Of a DNA stretch of 64,000 nt, positions 1 through 10,212 are shown one piece after another; within the stretch, counting starts at the first letter, position 1; each line of letters opens with the position of its first letter. The position numbers and the translations under genes are program-made. The DNA is from Gemmobacter sp. (lineage in GTDB: Bacteria > Pseudomonadota > Alphaproteobacteria > Rhodobacterales > Rhodobacteraceae): contig NZ_JAUCBS010000006.1 in NCBI RefSeq assembly GCF_034676705.1, positions 84,960-148,959 on the forward strand, in the 5' to 3' direction. Under the pieces are notes generated by a model. The model was not told the DNA's origin, did not search any database, and worked only from the letters and a program-made list of their open reading frames with translations.

Positions 1-40
1 TTTTCCAAATACCCTGGGGGTCCGGGGGTGAAACCCCCGG
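1..40 (-). repeat. REP-like intergenic repeat copy, truncated by the window edge
   Basis: Reverse complement reads CCGGGGGTTTCACCCCCGG-ACCCCCAGGGTATTTGGAAAA. It has the same architecture (GGGG-TTTCAC-CCCC hairpin followed by a GGGTATTT..GG..A tail) as 44846..44905 and 4626..4673. Confidence 0.55.
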
Positions 41-151
41 TCCTGCCCGTGTCCTCGGCGCACCGCTCAAAATTCTTACCACGCCCCATTGCCCCCGGCG
101 CTGCATGATGATCCTCTGCGCCCGACATTCGGGATTCGAAAGGAACCAGCC

Positions 152-1705
152 ATGCCGATTGGTGCAGACCTGTTGTGTGAAACCCTGCTGGCGAACGGCA
201 TCGACACCTGCTTTGCCAATCCGGGCACGTCCGAGATGCATTTCGTGGCCGCGCTGGACCGCCAGCCGCGCATCCGCTGCGTGCTGGGCCTGTTCGAAGG
301 CGTGGTGACCGGCGCCGCCGATGGTTATGCCCGCATGGCCGACCGTCCGGCGGCGACGCTGCTGCACACCGGGCCGGGGCTGGCGAACGGGTTGGCCAAC
401 CTGCACAACGCGCGGCGCGCGCGGACGCCGATGGTCAATATTGTCGGCGATCATGCGACCTATCACCTGGAACTGGACGCGCCGCTGACCAGCGATATCG
501 AGGGGCTGGCGCGGCCGATGTCGAACTGGGTCGGCCGGGCGGATCACGTGACTACTCTGGTGCCCCGGACCGAAGAGGCGATCCGCGCCGCCCATGCGGG
601 GCAGGGCCAGATTGCCACGCTGATCCTGCCCGCCGATGCCGCCTGGACAGAAACCGATGCGCCGCTGCCGCAGCCCGTGGCGCTGCCGGTGCAATCGGCC
701 CCCGATGCCGCCCGCATCGCCGAGGCGGTGGCGGCGCTGCGCAACGGTCGGCGGACCACAATTCTGGTCGCCGGCCGGGCCCTGCGCGCCGCGTCGCTGG
801 AAACCCTGCAACGCATCGCCACCCGCACCGGCGCCCGCATCCTTGCCCAGCAGTCGAACGCCCGGGTGGAACGCGGCACCGGCCGGGTGGCGATCGAACG
901 GGTGCCCTATCCGATCGACATGCAGCTGGTGACCTTTGCCGATACCGAACAGGTGATCCTGATCGGCGCCCGCGCGCCGGTGGGGTTCTTCGCCTATCCC
1001 GGCAAGCCGGGGTCGATGCTGCCGCCGGGCTGCCGCGTGCTGGACATGACGGCGCCCGACGCCGACCTGCCGGCGGCGGTGCAGGCGCTGGCCGACGGGG
1101 TGGGCGCGGGCCGCGACGCGCCACTGGTGTTGAACACCGCCCTGCGCCCCGATGCGCCCGCCGGCGGGCTGACGGCGGAAAAGGTTGCCGCCTCGGTCGC
1201 GCGGCATCTGCCGGACCATGCCATCCTGTGCGACGAGGCGGTGACCTCGGCCCGCAACATCTTTGGCATCACCCATGGCGCCGCGCCGCATGATTTCCTG
1301 CAACTGACCGGGGGCGCCATCGGCATCGGCCTGCCGCTGGCCATGGGCGCCGCAATCGCCTGTCCGGGGCGCAAGGTGGTGGCCTTGCAGGCCGATGGCA
1401 GCGGCATGTACACGTTGCAGGCGCTGTGGACCATGGCGCGCGAACGCTGCGACGTGGTGGTGGTGATCTATGCCAACCGGCGCTACAATATCCTGCATGG
1501 CGAATTGCAGGCGGTGGGCGCCGGCCAGCCGGGCGAGAATGCCCGGCGGATGCTGGATCTGGACAACCCGCATCTGGACTGGGTACGCATGGCCGAAGGC
1601 ATGGGGGTCGAGGCCGCGCGCGCCGAGACCGCCGAGGCGTTCGACGACCTGTTCCGCGTCGCCTGCGCCAGCCGGGGGCCGTTCCTGATCGAAGCCGTCA
1701 TCTGA
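152..1705 (+). CDS. Thiamine-diphosphate-dependent enzyme, acetolactate-synthase-large-subunit-like
   Basis: ORF 89..1705. In-frame ATG at 152 follows AAAGGAA. N-terminus is MPIGADLLCETLLANGIDTCFANPGTSEMHFVAALD. C-terminal TPP-binding region is LQADGSGMYT...ANRRYNIL. Confidence 0.85.
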   Translation: MPIGADLLCETLLANGIDTCFANPGTSEMHFVAALDRQPRIRCVLGLFEGVVTGAADGYARMADRPAATLLHTGPGLANGLANLHNARRARTPMVNIVGDHATYHLELDAPLTSDIEGLARPMSNWVGRADHVTTLVPRTEEAIRAAHAGQGQIATLILPADAAWTETDAPLPQPVALPVQSAPDAARIAEAVAALRNGRRTTILVAGRALRAASLETLQRIATRTGARILAQQSNARVERGTGRVAIERVPYPIDMQLVTFADTEQVILIGARAPVGFFAYPGKPGSMLPPGCRVLDMTAPDADLPAAVQALADGVGAGRDAPLVLNTALRPDAPAGGLTAEKVAASVARHLPDHAILCDEAVTSARNIFGITHGAAPHDFLQLTGGAIGIGLPLAMGAAIACPGRKVVALQADGSGMYTLQALWTMARERCDVVVVIYANRRYNILHGELQAVGAGQPGENARRMLDLDNPHLDWVRMAEGMGVEAARAETAEAFDDLFRVACASRGPFLIEAVI

Positions 1706-1716
1706 AGGAGACGCCG

Positions 1717-4002
1717 ATGATCCGCCGCGTTCCGCATGCCAGCCACTGGGGCTGCTACACCGTTCTGGTGCAGGAGGACCGGATCGTCGGTGTCGAACCC
1801 CTGCCGCAGGATCCCGCCCCCTCGCCCGTCATCCAGTCGGTGATGGACTGGGCCAGGCCGGACCGCCGCGTCCTGCGCCCCATGGTGCGGCGGGGCTGGC
1901 TGGAGGCGCGCCGCGATGGCCGGGGCAGCGACAGTTTCGCCGCCGTTCCCTGGGACGAGGCGCTGGACATGGTCGCCGGCGAAATCACCCGCGTGGCGCG
2001 CGATCATGGCAATGCGTCGATCTTTGCCGGCAGCTATGGCTGGACCAGCTGCGGCCGGTTCCATCATGCGCCCTCGCTGCTGAAGCGGATGCTCAATCTG
2101 GCGGGCGGGTTCACCGGCCATGTCGATACCTATTCCATCGCCGCCGGGCCGGTGATCCTGAAACATGTGCTGGGCGACGACGCGGCCTGCGGCGGCTATG
2201 CCAACTCGCTGGACAGCATCGTGGACCATACCGAAACGCTGGTGGTGTTCGGCGCCCTGTCGCCCCGCACCGCACAGACCGAGGCCGGGGGCGCCGGCAC
2301 CCACGGGCTGGAAGGCCACCTGCGCCAGATCGCCGACCGCGGCAAGCGGGTGATCCTGGTATCCCCCCTGCGCGACGATCTGCCCGACTGGCTGCCCTGC
2401 GACTGGTGGCAGATCCGGCCGAACACCGATACCGCGCTGCTGCTGGGCGTGGCGGGGGAAATCCTGGCGGCGGGGCGGGCGGATGCCGATTTCCTGGCCC
2501 GCTGCACCAGCGGCGCCGACCAGTGGCTGGCCTATCTGCGCGGCGATCCCGATGGCGTGGCGAAAACCGCCGACTGGGCCGCCGCCATCTGCGGCATTCC
2601 CGCCGACAGCATCCGCGCCCTTGCCGGGCTGATGACCACCACCCGCACCATGATGACCCTGAGCTGGAGCCTGCAACGCGCGCGCCACGGCGAACAGCCC
2701 TATTGGGCGGCGCTTGGCCTGGCAGCACTGGCGGGCCAGATCGGCCTGCCGGGCGGCGGGGTGGGCTATGGCTATGGCTCGCTGGGCGGCATGGGGGTGC
2801 ATCTGAACATCGGGAAATCGCCTGCCATCTCGCAAGGGGCAAAGGCGATCGACAGTTTCATCCCGGTGGCGCGCATAGCCGACATGCTGCTGAACCCGGG
2901 CGCCGAATTCACCTATTCCGGCGAAACGCGGACCTATCCCGATGTGCGCATGGTCTACTGGGCCGGCGGCAACCCCTATCACCACCATCAGGATCTGAAC
3001 CGTCTGGAAACCGCCTGGGCGCGGCCCGACACCATCGTGGTGCAGGATCCGATGTTCACCGCCACGGCGCGGCGGGCCGATATCGTGCTGCCGGCCTCCA
3101 CCTCGCTGGAACGCAACGATCTGGCGGGCAACAAGCGGTCGGACCTGCTGGTCGCCATGCACAAGGCGATTGATCCCGTGGGGCAGGCACGGTCGGATTT
3201 CGACATCTTCAACGCCCTGGCTGGCCGGCTGGGCGTGGCGGCCGCCTTCAACGAAGGGCGCGACGAAATGGGCTGGCTGCGCCACATGTATGCCGACAGC
3301 CGCGCGGCCGCCGCCGCGCTGGGGCACGCGATGCCAGAGTTCGAGGCATTCTGGGAGCAAGGCTTTGCCGAGGTGCCGCTGAAGCACCAGCACACCTATC
3401 TGGCCAGGTTCCGCGCCGACCCGGAAGGCCAACCCCTGGCCACCGAAAGCGGCCGGATCGTGCTGGGCAGCGACACGCTGGCCCGGCTGGGCCATGACGA
3501 TTGCCCGGCGGTGCCCAGCTGGCTGCCCCCCGGCGAATGGCTGGGCGCGGCTGAACAGGGTGAACTGCATCTGATCTCGCACCAGCCGAACGGTCGCCTG
3601 CACAGCCAGCTGGAAACCGCCGCCGCCAGCCGTGCCGACAAGCGCGCCGGCCGCGAACAGGCCCGGCTGAACCCGGCCGAGGCGGCCCGGCGCGGCATCG
3701 CCGATGGCCAGCCGGTGCGGCTGTGGAACGCGCGCGGCGCCTGCCTGGCCACCGCAACGATCTGCGACAAGGTGGCGCCCGGCGTGGTCGTGCTGCCCAC
3801 CGGCGCCTGGTTCACCCCGCAGGGCAACAGCCGGCTGGAGATTGCGGGCAACCCGAACGTGCTGACCTGGGACGTGGGGTCGTCGGCCTTTGGCCAGGGC
3901 TGTTCGGCCCATACCTGCCTGGTGCGGATCGACCCCTGGCAGGGGGATGCGGGCGATGCGATGGCGGCCTACGATGGGGAACTGGCCGCGCTGACGGCCT
4001 GA
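1717..4002 (+). CDS. Cytoplasmic molybdopterin oxidoreductase, DMSO-reductase family (BisC-like S-/N-oxide reductase type)
   Basis: ATG at 1717 is in frame within ORF 1426..4002, sits 11 nt after the upstream stop, and follows a GAAGGAG RBS. No twin-arginine signal. Family-like blocks present: SHWGCY, GSYGWTSCGRFHHA, HQPNGRLHSQL, GNPNVLT. Confidence 0.8.
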   Translation: MIRRVPHASHWGCYTVLVQEDRIVGVEPLPQDPAPSPVIQSVMDWARPDRRVLRPMVRRGWLEARRDGRGSDSFAAVPWDEALDMVAGEITRVARDHGNASIFAGSYGWTSCGRFHHAPSLLKRMLNLAGGFTGHVDTYSIAAGPVILKHVLGDDAACGGYANSLDSIVDHTETLVVFGALSPRTAQTEAGGAGTHGLEGHLRQIADRGKRVILVSPLRDDLPDWLPCDWWQIRPNTDTALLLGVAGEILAAGRADADFLARCTSGADQWLAYLRGDPDGVAKTADWAAAICGIPADSIRALAGLMTTTRTMMTLSWSLQRARHGEQPYWAALGLAALAGQIGLPGGGVGYGYGSLGGMGVHLNIGKSPAISQGAKAIDSFIPVARIADMLLNPGAEFTYSGETRTYPDVRMVYWAGGNPYHHHQDLNRLETAWARPDTIVVQDPMFTATARRADIVLPASTSLERNDLAGNKRSDLLVAMHKAIDPVGQARSDFDIFNALAGRLGVAAAFNEGRDEMGWLRHMYADSRAAAAALGHAMPEFEAFWEQGFAEVPLKHQHTYLARFRADPEGQPLATESGRIVLGSDTLARLGHDDCPAVPSWLPPGEWLGAAEQGELHLISHQPNGRLHSQLETAAASRADKRAGREQARLNPAEAARRGIADGQPVRLWNARGACLATATICDKVAPGVVVLPTGAWFTPQGNSRLEIAGNPNVLTWDVGSSAFGQGCSAHTCLVRIDPWQGDAGDAMAAYDGELAALTA

Positions 4003-4019
4003 CGAGGGAGAGGAGTTCC

Positions 4020-4586
4020 ATGACCGACGCGATCAGCCGCTTTGCGGTGCCGAAGCTGACCGACATGCCCGATGACATCCGCGCCCGGATTCTGACGGTG
4101 CAGGAAAAATCGGGCTTCATCCCCAATGTCTTTCTGGCACTGGCGCACCGGCCCGACGAATTCCGCGCCTTTTTCGCCTATCACGATGCGCTGATGGACA
4201 AGCCCGGCCCGATCACCAAGGCCGAACGCGAGATGATCGTGGTGGCGACCTCGGCCGCGAACCAGTGCCAGTATTGCGTGATCGCGCATGGCGCCATCCT
4301 GCGGATCCGCGCCAAGAACCCGCTGATCGCCGATCAGGTGGCGGCGAACTACCGCAAGGCCGACCTGACGCCGCGGCAAAAGGCGATGATCGACTTTGCC
4401 ATGAAGGTCTCGGCCCGCGCGCAAGAGGTGGGCGAGGCCGATTTCGCCCTGCTGGCGGGGCATGGCTTTACCGAGGATGACATCTGGGACATCACCAGCA
4501 TCGCTGCGTTCTTCGGCCTGTCGAACCGCATTGCGAATGTCACCTCGATGCGGCCGAACGCGGAATTCTACGCGATGGGGCGGTAG
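4020..4586 (+). CDS. Peroxidase-related / carboxymuconolactone-decarboxylase (AhpD-like) family protein
   Basis: ATG at 4020 is in frame within ORF 3723..4586 and follows a GGGAGAGGAG RBS. Contains the CxxC-H motif ANQCQYCVIAHG and the FIPNVFLALAHRP block typical of the family. Confidence 0.8.
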   Translation: MTDAISRFAVPKLTDMPDDIRARILTVQEKSGFIPNVFLALAHRPDEFRAFFAYHDALMDKPGPITKAEREMIVVATSAANQCQYCVIAHGAILRIRAKNPLIADQVAANYRKADLTPRQKAMIDFAMKVSARAQEVGEADFALLAGHGFTEDDIWDITSIAAFFGLSNRIANVTSMRPNAEFYAMGR

Positions 4587-4625
4587 CGCCGGGGGGGCGC
4601 TGCCCCCCTGTTGTCTGTTGTGCCT

Positions 4626-4702
4626 GGGGGGATGGTGCGCCTTCCCCCCGGGATATTTTGGTCAGAGCGAAGCTGGATGTTTCGCTCTGATCCAAATATC
4701 CC
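4626..4702. repeat. REP/MITE-like element: short hairpin plus a 22-bp near-perfect inverted repeat
   Basis: Hairpin GGGGGGA-N10-TCCCCCC at 4626..4649. GGGATATTTTGGTCAGAGCGAA (4650..4671) faces TTCGCTCTGATCCAAATATCCC (4681..4702). The arm sequence resembles the tails at 1..20 and 44881..44905. Confidence 0.6.
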
Positions 4703-4725
4703 CGCCGGAGGCATCCGCCGGCGGG
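4692..4725 (-). terminator. Probable intrinsic terminator of the thiolase gene
   Basis: On the minus strand, 10 nt after the stop: CCCCGCCGG-CGGATGCCT-CCGGCGGGG followed by ATATTTGG. Confidence 0.5.
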
Positions 4726-4735
4726 GTCTGGTGGG

Positions 4736-5938
<1,203 letters not shown>

Positions 5939-6032
5939 GGGGCCCCCCTGAGATGTCCGCCCGGACCTTGGGTCAGGCGCGGCGCGGGGTCAAGGGGGGC
6001 TGCCGGGGTTGCAGGCTGCGCAAAATGCAGCA

Positions 6033-7073
6033 ATGATGCGCAGTATGAGCAGGAACCGAACCCAGTGGGACGATGATGACGATCCGTCCGAGGAGGAGGA
6101 TCTGTGGTTCCTGCCGCCTGACGACCTGCCGGATCCCGACCTGGCGCCCTTGCCGCGCGCCGCGCGGACCCGGCTGTTTCCCCACGGGGAATGGCGGGCG
6201 GCCGAAGGGGCGCTGGCGCCCGATCTGGCCGCGCTGGCCTATGATTTCGGCCGCATGGAGGAACGCTTGCGGGGCGCGGGCGACGGCGCGCGGCGGCGGA
6301 TCGCCTTGCAGGAGGTGGCAAGCCTGGGCTGGTGGACCGGCGACCGGCTGACCGGCGACCGGCTGGCGCTGTGGCTGTCGATGCAGATCGGCGCGACGGG
6401 CGAGGATGCGCAGGCGCTGGCGCGCGGGGCCTGGGCGGTGCGGCGGCTGACCGGCGGGCCGGCCCCGGTGCCCCCCCGGCGGGACGAGGCGCTGGCCAAT
6501 CTGCTGGGCCTGACCGAGACGGGACCGCTGCCCGAGCGGATCGGCGATGCCTGCGAGGTGCTGGACGACCTGGCACCGCTGCACCCGGTGGTGCAGGGCT
6601 GTGTGCTGTTCCATCTGTGGCGCCTGACCGATGCGGGGCCCGCGCGCGATGTCGAGGCGGCGGTGATGGGGGCGCGGCTGGCCGGCAGCATGGGGGGCGC
6701 GGGGGCGTTTCTGCCGCTGACGCTGGCCGGGTTTGGCGGGCTGTCGGCGCAAGGCGGTGCCGACCGGCGGCTGGCCGCCTGGATCGCCGGCGCGCATCAG
6801 GCGGTGCTGGCGGCGCTGCTGCACCTGGACAGGCTGACGGCCTGGCAGGCCCGCGCGGCCGAGGCGGTGGCCGACCTGTCGGGGCGCACGCCGCCGCGGC
6901 TGGTGCGGCTGATGGCCGACTGGCCCAGCGTGTCCGCCCCGATGGCCGAGGGCGAGACCGGCGCCTCGCGCGCCGCGGTGCAGCGCAACCTGGACATTCT
7001 GGTGGCGCGCGGGCTGATCCGGGAGCTGACCGGGCAGGGGCGTTACCGGGTGTGGGCGGCGCGGCTGGGCTGA
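6033..7073 (+). CDS. DUF1612 / RHE_PE00001-like protein with C-terminal winged-helix DNA-binding domain
   Basis: ORF 6009..7073 opens with TTG. In-frame ATGs lie at 6033, 6036 and 6045, so the start is uncertain. Acidic N-terminus DDDDDPSEEEDLWFLPPDD. C-terminus VSAPMAEGETGASRAAVQRNLDILVARGLIRELTGQGRYRVW is HTH-like. Confidence 0.6.
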   Translation: MMRSMSRNRTQWDDDDDPSEEEDLWFLPPDDLPDPDLAPLPRAARTRLFPHGEWRAAEGALAPDLAALAYDFGRMEERLRGAGDGARRRIALQEVASLGWWTGDRLTGDRLALWLSMQIGATGEDAQALARGAWAVRRLTGGPAPVPPRRDEALANLLGLTETGPLPERIGDACEVLDDLAPLHPVVQGCVLFHLWRLTDAGPARDVEAAVMGARLAGSMGGAGAFLPLTLAGFGGLSAQGGADRRLAAWIAGAHQAVLAALLHLDRLTAWQARAAEAVADLSGRTPPRLVRLMADWPSVSAPMAEGETGASRAAVQRNLDILVARGLIRELTGQGRYRVWAARLG

Positions 7074-7091
7074 CGGCCGCCTACCCGCCGT

Positions 7092-7964
7092 CTACCCCTT
7101 GTAGGTCATCGTCCGGGCCACATCGGTGCGGGGGCGCTTTTCGCCGGCCAGAACCTCGAAATCCAGGTTGTTTTCGCGCGGGGGGATCGGGCAGGTGACA
7201 AAGTTGGTAAAGGCGCAAGGCAACGCGACGGCATAGTTGAAGTCGATCCAGTCGATCCGGCGGCCGGTTTCATCGGCGAACTGCAATTCGATCACCCGGC
7301 CCGCGCCATAGGTCACCGGCCCGCTGGTGCGGTCGCGGATATGGGCGACGGGCTGGATGCCATCGGGCGTGGCCTTGCCGATCAGTTGCAGGGTGTAGCT
7401 TTTGCCGCCGTGGTCAAAGGTAAAGGTGCCAAAGCGCGGCGTCGCCTCGCGCACGCCGGGTTCGACGGTTTCGGCCTCGTATTCGGTCAGCGGCGCGGGG
7501 GTGTAGGTGCCGGGGATGCGCCAGGCCGGGTCATAGTCGAATGCGGTCACCCCGGCATCCTCGGCCCGGGTTGCCTGCAACGGGTCGCGCACCCGCACGC
7601 CATACAGCGGCTGGCCATCATGCCGGCTGCGCAGCAGGGTTTCCACCTCGAACCGGCCGAAATACACCGGCTTGCTGGCGCCATGGCCATAGGTCTGGTT
7701 GCGGCCGGGGATGATTTCGACCGGACCGGCCGGATAGGCGCCATCGACCGACAGGTTGGGCCCCGAGGGGGGCGGCGTATGGATCACCTTGCCATCCTGC
7801 ACCGACCAGGTGCCCGGCAACAGGTCCAGCGTTACGCCGGTATCGCCGGCCTCCAGCCAGTGCTGGGCGATCAGCGCGGTCCAGCCATAGGGGCGGAACA
7901 TCGTGCTGACATGGGCGTGCCGCCATTCGCGCCACTGGCCTTCCAGATGTTCTGGCGTTGTCAT
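7092..7964 (-). CDS. DUF1684 domain-containing protein
   Basis: ATG at 7964 (MTTPEHLEGQW) overlaps the upstream gene's stop (ATGA). C-terminal block NYAVALPCAFTNFVTCPIPPRENNLDFEVLAGEK matches my memory of the DUF1684 signature. Confidence 0.7.
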   Translation of the reverse strand: MTTPEHLEGQWREWRHAHVSTMFRPYGWTALIAQHWLEAGDTGVTLDLLPGTWSVQDGKVIHTPPPSGPNLSVDGAYPAGPVEIIPGRNQTYGHGASKPVYFGRFEVETLLRSRHDGQPLYGVRVRDPLQATRAEDAGVTAFDYDPAWRIPGTYTPAPLTEYEAETVEPGVREATPRFGTFTFDHGGKSYTLQLIGKATPDGIQPVAHIRDRTSGPVTYGAGRVIELQFADETGRRIDWIDFNYAVALPCAFTNFVTCPIPPRENNLDFEVLAGEKRPRTDVARTMTYKG

Positions 7965-9283
7965 GCTGTCTCTCCGTTGGTTTGGGGGCGGGCGGTGCCG
8001 GTTATGTCGCTCAGGAATGCCAGCATCCCCTGCCACGATCCGGTGTTGGCGGCGGCATTGCCCGATGGCGTGCCGCCGTTGGTATAGACCACGCCCGATA
8101 CCGGATGCGCCCGGCTGATCTGGGTGGCGGGCACCACGGGCAGGTTGATCGCATGGCCCGCATCGCTGAAATCCAGGTGCCGGACCGGCGCGGCATGTCC
8201 ATGGCGGTGCAGGGTGGCCGCGACCATCTTCGAATAGAGGCTCGATGGCCAGGCCCGGTCATCCCGCCCGGATATCAGCAGCACGGGTCCGCGAAACCGT
8301 TCCACCGGGATGCGCGACCGGGCGGCCAGGGCGGTATCCTTCAGTCCTTCGAAGAACACCGAATGGTGGCGGTCGGGCGGCGCATCGCCGGCCCAGGGGT
8401 GCCAGTGGACGGCCGCGTTGCCGTTCCACAGATGGTCCAGCGGTTCGCCGCGCCAGGTCCAGGTATCGCCCTGCCAGCCGCCCCGCGCCGGGTCGCCCGC
8501 GCCTTGCGCGCCATGCACCATGGCGCCGGGCACATAGGCGATGACGGCCGAGACCAGATCGGGGAACCGCGCGCCCAGCAGCAGCGCGAGTTCGCCGCCG
8601 CGTGACTGGCCGCTGACCGCGACGAAGCCGTCCTTGGGCTGCAAGGTCCGGTGCGCCCAGGCCAGCCCGGTTTCCAGATATTCCAGCGGGGTTCCGGTGA
8701 TGAAGGGCGACAGCCCCGGCGCCTTGAAATAGCCAAGCGCAAAGGCCTGATAGCCATGCGCCGCCAGCAGCGCCGCGCGCGGTTCGTTGATGCCGCCGCC
8801 CGATCCGTTCAGCACCACCACCACCGGATGCGGCCCTGCGCCGGCCGGGGTGAACAGCGTGCCGACCAGCCCGTCATCGCGGATGTCCTGCCGGGTCACG
8901 CCGGGCGCCAGGAACCGCTGCACCATCTGCCCGCCCGCCGTGGCCCTGCCAAGGGTGCGGGCGGTAAAGGTGGTGACCAGCGGCTGGTCGACGGTATCGG
9001 AAAACAGCTCGAAACTGACGGCGCCTTCGGGCTGCTGGCTCCAGATCAGGCCATCGGCGGCGATTTCGGCATAATCGCCGCCCACCGGCGCATCGCGGGC
9101 CAGATCCACCACGCCCTGCGTATCGGCCATGAAGGTGGCCTGGCTCATCCACTCGATGCCGTTGGCGCGCAGGGTGCGGGCGGTGATGGCGACGATCTCG
9201 TCCGGGGCAAGGCCCGACAGCACGATGTGCCGGGGCACGTCGATCAGCGCGTCGGCAGGGGTGATGGCAAGGGTCAGGGTCAT
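7961..9283 (-). CDS. Acyl-CoA thioesterase / BAAT family alpha-beta hydrolase
   Basis: 440-aa ORF with a BAAT-like N-terminal beta domain. Nucleophile elbow is GQSRGGELALLLG. C-terminal dienelactone-hydrolase-like part is FSDAGHAI. Confidence 0.7.
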   Translation of the reverse strand: MTLTLAITPADALIDVPRHIVLSGLAPDEIVAITARTLRANGIEWMSQATFMADTQGVVDLARDAPVGGDYAEIAADGLIWSQQPEGAVSFELFSDTVDQPLVTTFTARTLGRATAGGQMVQRFLAPGVTRQDIRDDGLVGTLFTPAGAGPHPVVVVLNGSGGGINEPRAALLAAHGYQAFALGYFKAPGLSPFITGTPLEYLETGLAWAHRTLQPKDGFVAVSGQSRGGELALLLGARFPDLVSAVIAYVPGAMVHGAQGAGDPARGGWQGDTWTWRGEPLDHLWNGNAAVHWHPWAGDAPPDRHHSVFFEGLKDTALAARSRIPVERFRGPVLLISGRDDRAWPSSLYSKMVAATLHRHGHAAPVRHLDFSDAGHAINLPVVPATQISRAHPVSGVVYTNGGTPSGNAAANTGSWQGMLAFLSDITGTARPQTNGETA

Positions 9284-10212
9284 GGTCGGGTGTCCAGCGG
9301 ATCGGGCGCGGCGCCGGCCATCCGCGCCAGCTGGGCGGTCAGGCGGTGCAGCACGGTGTCGGGCAGGTCGTCATCCTCGGCCGGGGTATGGGTGCCGGGC
9401 CAATAGCCGCCGGCGCCGGCCCAATCCTCGCGCAGTGCGGCCAGCCGGGCGGGCCAGTCGGCCATCCCGCCATCCTGCGCCGGGTCGATCGCCAGCAGGA
9501 ACACCCCGCGCCCCTGCGCATCGCCGCGCCCGCCGCCCGCGATACCTGCCAGCAGCTCCACCACCAACCCCAGCAGCGACCCCAGCTGCCCGCCACGCGG
9601 CAGCAGCGCCGCAACCTCGGCCGCCAGGCGGGTGGGGGCACCCGCGCTGTCCAGCGCGATGCCATCGGGCAGGGGGGTTCCGCTGGCGCGGGCGCTGCGC
9701 AGGGCAGCCATGGTGGTGGCGCTGCTGGCCATGTCGATCACCACGCGGTCGGCCCCCTGACCAAGCGCCAGCGCAAAGGGGTTGGTGCCGATCACCGCCT
9801 GCTTGCCCTGCCACGGTGCGACAAAGGGCGGTCCCTCGGCCCCCGCCATGGCCACCAGCCCGCAATCCGCCAGATGCCGCACAAAGGGCGCCAGCCGGCC
9901 AAAGCCGCGCACGCCGCGCAGGAACATCGCCGCCACGCCGAACTGGCGCGCCACGGGTGCCAGGCGCAGCGTCGCATCCGCCACGGCCAGCGGCGCGAAA
10001 CAGCCGGAGCAATCCAGCCAGCTGACCGCGTGCGGGGCATCGGCCGGCGGCAAGGGCCGGGCATCGGGGGCCCATTCGCCCAGCATGTCCATGCCAAAGC
10101 GCGGCTGGCCGATCATGTCGGCCTCGATCAGCGCCAGCGCCGCCAGCCGGGCCGCGCGGCCCCCGCCAAGCGCCAGCGCCAGCCGGCCTGCCGCATCGCC
10201 CATCGTGTTCAT
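9280..10212 (-). CDS. Ldh_2 (malate/L-lactate/ureidoglycolate dehydrogenase type 2) family oxidoreductase, divergent
   Basis: ATG at 10212 (MNTMGD) lies within ORF 9280..10500 and overlaps the GntR stop (ATGA). Blocks GTNPFALA and SSATTMAAL are present. The usual HDSHG-type N-terminal motif appears replaced by GQPRFG. Confidence 0.6.
   Translation of the reverse strand: MNTMGDAAGRLALALGGGRAARLAALALIEADMIGQPRFGMDMLGEWAPDARPLPPADAPHAVSWLDCSGCFAPLAVADATLRLAPVARQFGVAAMFLRGVRGFGRLAPFVRHLADCGLVAMAGAEGPPFVAPWQGKQAVIGTNPFALALGQGADRVVIDMASSATTMAALRSARASGTPLPDGIALDSAGAPTRLAAEVAALLPRGGQLGSLLGLVVELLAGIAGGGRGDAQGRGVFLLAIDPAQDGGMADWPARLAALREDWAGAGGYWPGTHTPAEDDDLPDTVLHRLTAQLARMAGAAPDPLDTRP

Noticed and set aside
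1483-3912. Very long antisense ORFs opposite recognisable genes. Examples: 1483..3912, 13983..15554, 20737..22401, 22172..24103, 24061..26250, 29669..32368, 35175..37820, 39022..40977, 41821..43491, 58546..60555 and 60901..62715.
   Set aside because: Their products are Arg/Gly/Ala/Pro/His-rich and low in complexity, with no family motifs. Each mirrors a gene on the other strand that carries clear family signatures. Long stop-free antisense frames are expected in DNA this GC-rich.
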